Notes under the pieces: generated by a model
Database searches by the model: none
What the model saw: the letters and a program-made list of their open reading frames with translations, nothing else
What the model was told of the DNA's origin: nothing
Assembly (NCBI GenBank): GCA_942493095.1
Contig: OW818675.1
Location: forward strand, 2,100,001 to 2,132,000
Origin: Candidatus Electronema halotolerans
GTDB taxonomy: Bacteria; Desulfobacterota; Desulfobulbia; Desulfobulbales; Desulfobulbaceae
DNA length: 32,000 nucleotides
Reading direction: 5' to 3'
Shown here: positions 8,449 to 16,151 of the stretch, in pieces
How positions within the stretch are numbered: the first letter of the stretch is position 1
How the letters are laid out: each line of letters begins with the position of its first letter
Position numbers and translations under genes: made by a program

Positions 8449-8907
8449 ATGCGTCATTACGAAACCACCTGCATCCTTCGTCCCGGTTTGGGCGAAACTG
8501 GCTTCACCGAAGTGATGGAGCGCACCTGCGCCATTGTCACGGCGGATGGCGGCTCAATCATTGATCTGGACCGCTGGGGCCTGAGAAAGCTGGCCTATCC
8601 GATCAAAAAGGAAAGCCAAGGCTATTACTTTTGTCTGAACTGCGCGGCCACCCAGGCGGCAGTGCTGGAGATGGAGCGCATTTTCCGCATTGATGACCGA
8701 GTCCTGCGCTACCTGACCATCAAGCTGCACGAAGAGATTGACGAGGCAGGCATTGCCGAGGAAAAGGAGAAGATTGCCGCTGCCGTTGCTGCCAAGGCCG
8801 CTGCTGCTGAAGCGGAAGCGCGGGAGAACGGCGACATTGCCGACGAGGACAGCAGCGATGCAAAGAGCGGCGATACTGCTGGTCAGAATGAGGACGACCA
8901 AGATTAA
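8449..8907 (+). CDS. rpsF: 30S ribosomal protein S6 with a long Ala/acidic C-terminal tail
   Basis: The N-terminus MRHYETTCILRPGL... and the motif RWGLRKLAYPIKK are typical of S6. A GAGGAGG RBS lies upstream. Confidence 0.95.
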   Translation: MRHYETTCILRPGLGETGFTEVMERTCAIVTADGGSIIDLDRWGLRKLAYPIKKESQGYYFCLNCAATQAAVLEMERIFRIDDRVLRYLTIKLHEEIDEAGIAEEKEKIAAAVAAKAAAAEAEARENGDIADEDSSDAKSGDTAGQNEDDQD

Positions 8908-8934
8908 GTTCCACACATCAGGAGAGACACGGTC

Positions 8935-9177
8935 ATGAGCGCACCCCGCAAAAAGATTTTCCACCGCCGCAAGGTCTGCAAGTTCTGTGCTGACAAAGAA
9001 GTGGTGATTGATTATAAGGATGCCAAACTGCTGCGCAATTTTGTCACTGAGCGCGGCAAGATCATTCCCAAGCGCATCTACGGCACCTGCGCCCGCCATC
9101 AGCGGCAGGTGACAGAGGCAATCAAGCGCGCCCGGCACTTGGCCCTGCTGCCCTATTCCGGGGTGGTGCAGCCCTGA
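8935..9177 (+). CDS. rpsR: 30S ribosomal protein S18
   Basis: [60 protein letters not shown] is a canonical S18 sequence. Confidence 0.95.
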   Translation: MSAPRKKIFHRRKVCKFCADKEVVIDYKDAKLLRNFVTERGKIIPKRIYGTCARHQRQVTEAIKRARHLALLPYSGVVQP

Positions 9178-9213
9178 ATTGTTTTGTTCCGCCGCTGAAG
9201 CCAGGCGGCAGCC

Positions 9214-10194
9214 ATGCCTCAGCCTGATCAGCAGAAGCAGCAGCGTTTTTTTTCCGGCCAGTCTCTGCTGACCGCGCTGCTCTTTCTCCTGCCCAGCGCA
9301 GCTCCCTCGTTGCTGGCATGGCTGATTCCGCTGCTGGCAGTGCCAGTCTTCCTGCTCTTGCAGGCAGTCGGCAATGATCGGCAAGCACTGCTGCTGCTGC
9401 GGAACGGACTGCTGACCGGCGGCGCAGGCGCGCTGCTGCTGGGCACAGAGGAAATTTATCTCTTTTCCCTGATTCAGCTGCCTTTGGCGTGGAGCCTGCG
9501 CCGCAGCGCAGCGCAAGGGAAATCACCGGCAGCAGCGGGCGGAGCAGGCTTGGCAATGCTGGGCCTGAGCTGGCTGGCCTTCTGGTTCTGCTACGGCATT
9601 CTCAGCAGCAGCAATCCCTACACCAGCCTGCTGGCAGAGCTGCAAGACGGGCTGACCCAGCTTGTCGAAGCCTATCGTACCGGCGGCTTGGAGATTTCCG
9701 CCGAGATGCTCTATAGTCTGGAGCTAACCACTGCGTGGCTGCGTCAGCGGCTGTCCGTGCTGCTGCCCGGCCTGCTGATCAGCGGCTTGGTGCTCACGGT
9801 CTGGCTGAACCTGCTGATCAGCAGCTGGCTGCTCGGCAAAGTGCGACCGGACAAGGCTCCGTGGCCGGAGTACCGCTGCTGGCGGCTGCCGGATCAGCTA
9901 ATATGGCTCCTGATTGCCGGGGCGGCTCTGGCTGCGGTCGGCACAGGCCATGCCCAGACCATCGGCTTCACCTTGGCCGCTGTGGCGGCTTTAGTCTATT
10001 TTTTTCAAGGCGCGGCAGTCTTCGCTCATCTGCTGCACCGCTGGAAGGTTCCGCCCTTGTGGCGTTTTTTTCTCTATTTCATCGTGGCGGCTCAAAGTTA
10101 CGGCGTGCTCCTGCTGACTGTGACCGGCGTGGCGGATATTTGGGCCGACTTCCGCAAACTGGCGCAGGACGAGCAGGACAGCAGCCAGTCCTGA
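9214..10194 (+). CDS. Multi-pass membrane protein, DUF2232/YybS-like
   Basis: 326 aa with many hydrophobic helices. It occupies the conserved slot between rpsR and rplI that yybS-type proteins hold in other phyla. Confidence 0.6.
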   Translation: MPQPDQQKQQRFFSGQSLLTALLFLLPSAAPSLLAWLIPLLAVPVFLLLQAVGNDRQALLLLRNGLLTGGAGALLLGTEEIYLFSLIQLPLAWSLRRSAAQGKSPAAAGGAGLAMLGLSWLAFWFCYGILSSSNPYTSLLAELQDGLTQLVEAYRTGGLEISAEMLYSLELTTAWLRQRLSVLLPGLLISGLVLTVWLNLLISSWLLGKVRPDKAPWPEYRCWRLPDQLIWLLIAGAALAAVGTGHAQTIGFTLAAVAALVYFFQGAAVFAHLLHRWKVPPLWRFFLYFIVAAQSYGVLLLTVTGVADIWADFRKLAQDEQDSSQS

Positions 10195-10239
10195 ACAGTG
10201 CAGGCCGCGCCAACTCACAGATCGACGAGGAACAGGCAA

Positions 10240-10695
10240 ATGGAAATCATATTGCGTAAAACAATCGACACCTTGGGCCGTGAAGGCGAGGTGGTCAAAG
10301 TCAAGCCGGGCTATGCCCGCAACTATCTCATTCCCCAGCAGCTAGCCATGTCAGTGAACAAGGCCAGCTTGGCCCGGCTCCAGAAGGAGCAGGCCGCGAT
10401 TGCCAAGCGGCTGGCTGAGGAGAAGAAGAACGCTGAGGCCCTGTCGGCCAAATTAGCTGACAAAATCGTGGTCATCATGCGCAAGACCGGCAGTGAAGGC
10501 CGCCTTTTCGGCTCCGTCACCAGCACGGACATTGCCGCCCAGCTTGTCCGGCTCGGCGTGACAGTTGACCGCAAGGCCATCCTGCTCAAAGAGCCGATTA
10601 AAAGCATTGGCGAGACAACAGTCACGATCAAAGTCGGTTATCAGCTGACCTGCGAGATTCCGGTTCAGGTCATGTCGGAAACAGAAGAAGTCTGA
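10240..10695 (+). CDS. rplI: 50S ribosomal protein L9
   Basis: MEIILRKTIDTLGREGEVVKVKPGYARNYLIPQQLA is a canonical L9 N-terminus. The start is set at ATG 10240, with GAGGAACAGG upstream. Confidence 0.95.
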   Translation: MEIILRKTIDTLGREGEVVKVKPGYARNYLIPQQLAMSVNKASLARLQKEQAAIAKRLAEEKKNAEALSAKLADKIVVIMRKTGSEGRLFGSVTSTDIAAQLVRLGVTVDRKAILLKEPIKSIGETTVTIKVGYQLTCEIPVQVMSETEEV

Positions 10696-10722
10696 GCCGC
10701 ATCTGCTTTTGTTGTTCTGTTC

Positions 10723-10757
10723 AGGCTGCGGCGCACTGCCGCAGCCTTTCTTGCTTT
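10723..10757 (+). terminator. Hairpin between rplI and dnaB (partial terminator or attenuator)
   Basis: A perfect 10-bp stem AGGCTGCGGC/GCCGCAGCCT (10723-10732 with 10738-10747) has a 5-nt loop and is followed by the imperfect T-tract TTCTTGCTTTG. Confidence 0.45.
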
Positions 10758-10799
10758 GCCTGACTTGGACCGCCTGCAGTCAATCTCCACTTTTCCGGG

Positions 10800-13700
10800 G
10801 TGATGTCTCCGTTGTCCGACCATCTCATCCCTTTCCGCCGCCCCGGCCAGCCTGATCAGTCAGCTTCCGCCCAGTCCGTTGCAGGCCGTCTGCCGCCCCA
10901 GAATATTGAGGTTGAGCGGAGCCTGCTCGGCACCGTCATGCTTCAGGACAAGGCACTGCTCATGGTGGTGGAGCTGCTTGAGCCGGAAGATTTTTATCTT
11001 GATGCCCACAAGGTCATTTTCGCAGCCTTAGTCAGCCTCTTTGAGCGGCAGGACCCGAACGACCTGCTTTCTGTCACCAATCTCCTCAGAGACCAGAACC
11101 GGCTGGAACGGGCAGGCGGCAAAGCCTACCTGAACCAGCTCACCGACGTTATTCCCTTCACTGGCATGGTCGAGCATCATGCCAAGATCATCCGCCAGAA
11201 GGCCATGCTGCGGCGGCTGATTCAGAGCAGCAATGAGGTCGCGGCCCGCTGCTATGATGCCCAAGACGACATTGACACGCTGGTTGACCGGGCCGAGCAG
11301 ACCATTTTTGAGGTTGCCCAGTCCCGGAACAAGCAGGGCTTTGAGCCGATGGCCAAGATCGTGCCCAGAGCCTTTGACCGAGTGACTCGGCTGGCGGAAC
11401 GCAAGGAGCATGTCACTGGCGTGGCCACTGGGTATCATGAATTGGACCGGATGACCGCTGGCCTCCAGCCTGCCGACCTGATCATTCTTGCGGCCAGACC
11501 GAGCATGGGCAAAGCCCAGCCGCTTGATGCCCTTGTTCTGACTGCGACCGAAGGTTTCAAGCAGATGGGCGAACTCCGTCTGGGCGAGCAGCTGGCCTCA
11601 ATTGACGGCCAGCCCTCGCAGGTGCTGGGCATCTATCCGCAGGGCCGACGGCAGGTTTATCGCATCACCTTTGCTGACGGACGTTCCGCTGAATGCTGCG
11701 CCGAGCATCTCTGGCAGATTCATCACCGGCACTGGCCCGCGCCCCGCATTCTCAGCACAGCCAAATTGATGGAAATGCTGCAACGGCAGCGGTATCAGAA
11801 CCGGCTTTGGATCGAGACCTTCAGCGGCGACTTTGGCACGGATGATGCGCTGCCATTGGATAAGACCACTCTCGCTTCTGTAGTTGAAAAGGGATTCATT
11901 CCCGCCAGCTATTTTAACGCTTCCCGCCCGACGCGGCTGCGGCTCTTGGCAGGACTGATCGACACAGACGGCTGGGTGGAGAAATTTGGCGCAATCCGCT
12001 TCTGCACAGTCAGCAAACAATTGGCCGAGGATATGGTCGCGCTGGTCCGCTCGCTTGGCGGCATAGCCAACTTTTCTGCAAAAGAGCAGCGGACTGGTCA
12101 GACCGCCTATACCTGCAATCTGCAAATTCCTGATGCGGCATCCTTGGCTCTGCTGCCGGAAAAGCAGGCGCGGATTAAACCACGAGAGCGGCAACGGCGG
12201 CTGAATCTGCGCAGCATTGTGCCGAGCCGAGTGGTTGAAACGCAGTGCATTGCGGTCAGCCATCCGGCCCAGCTCTACATGACTGATCAGTATGTGGTCA
12301 CGCACAACACCGCGCTGGCTTTGAACATTGTCCAACATGCGGCAATGGAAAACAAAGTGCCGACCGCCGTGTTCAGTTTGGAGATGTCGGCGGAACAGCT
12401 TGCTCTGCGGATGCTCTGCTCCTTTGGCAAGGTGGATTCGCAGCGTATCCGCACAGGCCGTCTCATGGACGAAGACTGGCCCAAGCTGACCAGAGCCACG
12501 GGAATGCTCACCAGTCTGCCTGTTCATATTGACGACACCCCTGGTCTGACTGTGCTGGAGATGCGGGCCAAGGCCCGACGGCTCAAGGCCGAACACGATC
12601 TGGGCTTGGTGGTGGTTGATTATCTTCAGCTCATGCAGGGGCATTCGAGGAGCGAAAATCGCAACCAGGAAATCAGCGATATTTCCCGTTCACTCAAGGC
12701 AATGGCCAAGGAGCTGGATGTGCCAGTGCTGGCCCTGTCCCAGCTCAACCGGAGCTTGGAAAGCCGCACCGACAAGCGGCCTATGATGTCGGATTTGCGG
12801 GAATGCGTGACTGGCGACACTTTGGTCATGCTGGCTGATGGCCGCCGTCTTTCTGTCCGCGAGTTGGTTGGACAGACACCATCTGTCATTTCCGTAAATG
12901 AAACAGGCAAAATCGAACCTGCCGCTGCGGAAATGATTTGGTCGGGAGGCAAAAAAGAGATTGTGCAGGTGCAACTCGCCAGCGGACGCAGTTTGCGCTG
13001 CTCCAAAGAACACCGTCTGCGCGGTCTTTATGGCTGGAAACATGCAGTTGATCTCCAACCCGGCGACCGAATCGCCCTTGCCCGGCATCTGCCGGAACCA
13101 GTGCAGCCAGTTTCTTGGCCGGAACACGAAATTATCCTGCTGGCGCATTTGATCGGCGACGGCAGTTACGTCAAGCATCAGCCGCTCCGCTACACTACTG
13201 CCAGCGAGGAAAACAGTATAGCAGTCACTGAAGCAGCGCAGGCGTTTGGTTCTATAGTCAAGCGGCAGCCGGGCAGAGGAAACTGGCATCAGCTTGTAAT
13301 CAGCGGCAACGGCAACCGCTGGCACCCGGCAGGAGTCGGCAAGTGGCTCAAGGATTTGGGCATCTTTGGTCAGCGTTCGCATGAAAAACATCTGCCCGCA
13401 GGCGTGTTTCAGTTGCCTAATGAGCAGCTTGCCCTCTTTCTTCGCCATCTTTGGGCCACAGACGGCAGCATCAATATTGGCAAAAAAGGAAGATTACATA
13501 TTGCTTTTTCTACCGCCAGTAAATTGCTCATTCATAATGTCACTGCATTGCTTCTTCGTTTTGGCATTGTCGCCCGTATTAAGCACATAACCACAGCAGT
13601 AAGTCCAAGAGGCTGGTTCATTGCTGACATTTCCGGGGTAGAACAGCAGCGCATCTTTCTTGGCGAGATTGGCGCATTCGGTCCACGGCAGGAGCCTGCG

Positions 13701-14282
13701 GAAAAGGCGGCGACCGTGCTGGAAAACGTTGTCAGCAACACGAATGTGGACACGCTGCCGAAGGAAGTTCGTGAGCAAATTCGGGCAGCCATGCGTGTTC
13801 ATGGTCTAAGCAATCGTGATGTGGCCTCAAAGCTAGGGCGATTTTTTAGTGCAACTAACAATCTTGCAAAAGCTCCTTCACGAAGTTTTGTGGCTGAAAT
13901 TGCGGCAATCATCGGCGATGAAGCATTGTTAAATATGGCGACAAACGATATTTTCTGGGACACCGTCAAGGCTGTCGAACCCGCAGGAGAAGAGGAAGTC
14001 TTTGATCTCACCGTGCCGGGCAATGCCTGTTGGCTGGCGGACGGCATTGTCAGTCATAACAGTGGAGCGCTGGAACAAGATGCTGATGTTATTATGTTTA
14101 TTTACAGAGACGAGGTCTATAACAAATCCCCGGACAACCCCAACAAGGGCCTTGCCGAAGTGATCATCGGCAAGCAGCGCAACGGCCCGACCGGCGTGGT
14201 CAATCTGACCTTTATCGGCGAATACACCATGTTTGATAACTTGAGCAACAGGACTGAACCGTCTGGGCCTTCCTTTGGCTGA
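10800..14282 (+). CDS. dnaB: Replicative DNA helicase DnaB precursor containing two inteins
   Basis: The N-terminal domain has [13 protein letters not shown]. The P-loop ARPSMGK|TALALN is split by insert 1. The motifs SLEMS, [8 protein letters not shown] and [43 protein letters not shown] are present, with the last split by insert 2, and the sequence ends GKQRNGPTG. The GTG at 10800 or the ATG at 10803 could be the start. The spliced length is about 476 aa. Confidence 0.95.
   Translation: [1160 protein letters not shown]
11514..12308 (+). mobile_element. DnaB P-loop intein, 265 aa, with an Ala1 N-terminus and class 3 (WCT) signature plus a single LAGLIDADG motif
   Basis: It begins [10 protein letters not shown] immediately after GK and ends VVTHN|T. 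Block B reads [12 protein letters not shown], with His at B:10 and Trp at B:12. Block F reads QCIAV, with Cys where class 1 inteins have Asp. Thr precedes the penultimate His. One dodecapeptide, [12 protein letters not shown], is present. Confidence 0.85.
12804..14060 (+). mobile_element. DnaB intein 2, 419 aa, class 1 (Cys1 ... HN|S) with a two-motif LAGLIDADG homing endonuclease
   Basis: It begins [15 protein letters not shown]. Block B is [10 protein letters not shown], the dodecapeptides are [11 protein letters not shown] and [13 protein letters not shown], block F is [16 protein letters not shown], and it ends IVSHN|[9 protein letters not shown]. Confidence 0.9.
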
Positions 14283-14389
14283 AAGATGCTTTATTGAGCA
14301 CAACCATAGATAGCTGGTTCAGGTTGCATGGTTATCAAGAAAACTTTACACTTGACTTGTCTATTCTTTCCATTCCTTCTCTTCCCTTA

Positions 14390-16150
14390 ATGCAAAAAAA
14401 TTCCATGCAGAAAAATACCATCCGCCTGCGCAGCTGCCCTAAGCAATATACCTACGACCAAGACAAAGCTTGCACACCGGTGCAGACTGTGGCCCGTTTT
14501 CAGGAACGGCTCAAGGCCGTTGACCTTGACATTCTCAAGGAAGTGCGGCGGATTGACACCGGACGCTTGGACATCCCAGTCTTTTTCAGCGTCTGCGGCG
14601 CGGACGCGGCCAGAATCATTGGCACGAAAAAACAGATGGGCAAAGGTTCCACGCCGGAGCAGTCCAAAGCCAGCGCCTGCATGGAGCTGGCTGAACGCTT
14701 CAGCTTTTTTGCCTTTTTCAAGAACCCGGACAACTTTCTCATTGGTGATTACGCTGCCATGCGGGCTGCCGGGCATCCTGTCCTGCCGCTCACCGAACTG
14801 CTCCGCTCAGTCCATGATGTGACCCGCAGCCCGGACCTGCTGGAACGGCTCTTGGCCGGACTGCCCCTGCGCTGGACATGGGCGCGGAATCTCAGCCGCG
14901 ATGAGGACGTGCTGGTGCCGTTTTCGTGGTTTTATGCGGTCAACGAGTTCAACGGCCCCTGCGCAGGCAACAGCATGGAGGAGGCGCTGCTGCAAGGCAT
15001 CTCCGAGGTGGTGGAGCGGCATGTCTGCGCCGTGATTGCGCAGGAGAAACGACCTGTTCCGGCGATTGACCTCAGCAGAGTCAGCGATCCGGTGGCCCGC
15101 GCTTTGATCGACAAGTTCGAGCGCAACGGCATCAGGCTGCATTGCAGTGATTTCTCGCTCGACACCGGCATTCCCACCATTGGCGCATTGGCTTGGGATC
15201 CGGCCACATTCCCAGAAAAAAGCGAGCTGGTATATACCGCAGGCACGACACCAGGGCCGACCAAAGCCCTGATCCGCGCCCTGACCGAGGTGGCTCAATT
15301 GGCTGGTGATTTTGAGACTGGTTCAAACTACGTGGCCTCTGGCCTGCCCAAACCGCTCAGTTTGGAAGATGTCGCGTATCTGATCAATCCCGGCCAAACT
15401 GTCGCTCTCAGCGAGCTGCCTGATCTCAGTGCGGACGACATGCTTGATGAGCTGGGCAACTGTTTGGCAGCCCTGCGCAACAATGATTTTGAGGTGCTGG
15501 CAGTCAACACCATGCACCCGCAGCTGCAAATTCCGGCAGCTTATACGATTATTCCCGGTGCCCATTTCCGCGAGCGGGCCGCGTCCGGCGATGCCGCCCT
15601 GTTTGCCGCCAAATTAGCTGCCGAACTGCTCGCTCCAGCAGCCTTGGAAAAAAAGCTGGCCGCGATGCGGGAAGAACTGCCAGATGCCTATTACTTGGAG
15701 TTTTACCGGGGCCGCAACTTGTATGATCAAGGTTTGAGTGAGGCGGCCTTGCCCTGCTTTGAGAAAGCCTTGGCCTTGGAGCCGCAGGAGGAGGACAGGC
15801 CCTATCTGTATTCCTATCTCGGTGCCTGCCTGCGTGATTCAGGCCGCTTTGAAGAGGCGGTGCCAGTGCTGGAAAAAGGTTTGGAGTGCGACGAGGAACG
15901 GCCTGATTTGCATAACATGCTGGGAGTCTGCCATTACAAGGCCAGCCGCTTTGAACAGGCGGTGCATCATTTTCAGCGGGCTGTGCAGCTCAATCCGGTC
16001 TCAGCCATTGATTACGCCAACTTGGCTTTGAACTTGCAGCGGTTGGGCCGGAACGAGGAGGCGATTGCCAATTATCAGATTGCCTTGAGCCAAAATGCGG
16101 ACATCGCCTTTGCTGCGGAAAATCTGGCCATGCTGCTGGAGAAAGGTTGA
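14390..16150 (+). CDS. YcaO-domain protein fused to C-terminal TPR repeats
   Basis: YcaO signatures are present: KKQMGKGSTPEQSKASACMELAERFSF, EEALLQGISEVVERH and TIIPGAHFRER. The last ~150 aa form TPR-like repeats (ALPCFEKALALEP..., AVPVLEKGLECDE..., AVHHFQRAVQLNP..., AIANYQIALSQN). The start is ambiguous: ATG 14390, ATG 14405, or the ORF-track TTG 14294. Confidence 0.85.
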   Translation: MQKNSMQKNTIRLRSCPKQYTYDQDKACTPVQTVARFQERLKAVDLDILKEVRRIDTGRLDIPVFFSVCGADAARIIGTKKQMGKGSTPEQSKASACMELAERFSFFAFFKNPDNFLIGDYAAMRAAGHPVLPLTELLRSVHDVTRSPDLLERLLAGLPLRWTWARNLSRDEDVLVPFSWFYAVNEFNGPCAGNSMEEALLQGISEVVERHVCAVIAQEKRPVPAIDLSRVSDPVARALIDKFERNGIRLHCSDFSLDTGIPTIGALAWDPATFPEKSELVYTAGTTPGPTKALIRALTEVAQLAGDFETGSNYVASGLPKPLSLEDVAYLINPGQTVALSELPDLSADDMLDELGNCLAALRNNDFEVLAVNTMHPQLQIPAAYTIIPGAHFRERAASGDAALFAAKLAAELLAPAALEKKLAAMREELPDAYYLEFYRGRNLYDQGLSEAALPCFEKALALEPQEEDRPYLYSYLGACLRDSGRFEEAVPVLEKGLECDEERPDLHNMLGVCHYKASRFEQAVHHFQRAVQLNPVSAIDYANLALNLQRLGRNEEAIANYQIALSQNADIAFAAENLAMLLEKG

Positions 16151-16151
16151 T

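Noticed and set aside
8908-8934. Absence of ssb or priB between rpsF and rpsR, and absence of a gdpP-like gene next to the DUF2232 gene.
   Set aside because: Gene content of this conserved cluster varies widely between phyla, so this is not evidence of anything unusual.
8554-9516. A 320-aa minus-strand ORF, rich in Gln, Cys and Ala, opposite rpsF, rpsR and the DUF2232 gene.
   Set aside because: It is antisense to three well-supported genes, including two canonical ribosomal proteins. Its low-complexity composition is typical of spurious antisense ORFs in GC-rich DNA.
11598-13448. Two long minus-strand ORFs (348 aa and 252 aa) inside dnaB.
   Set aside because: They are antisense to the intein-containing dnaB reading frame, whose motifs are unambiguous. 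They have no recognisable motifs, RBS or sensible composition.
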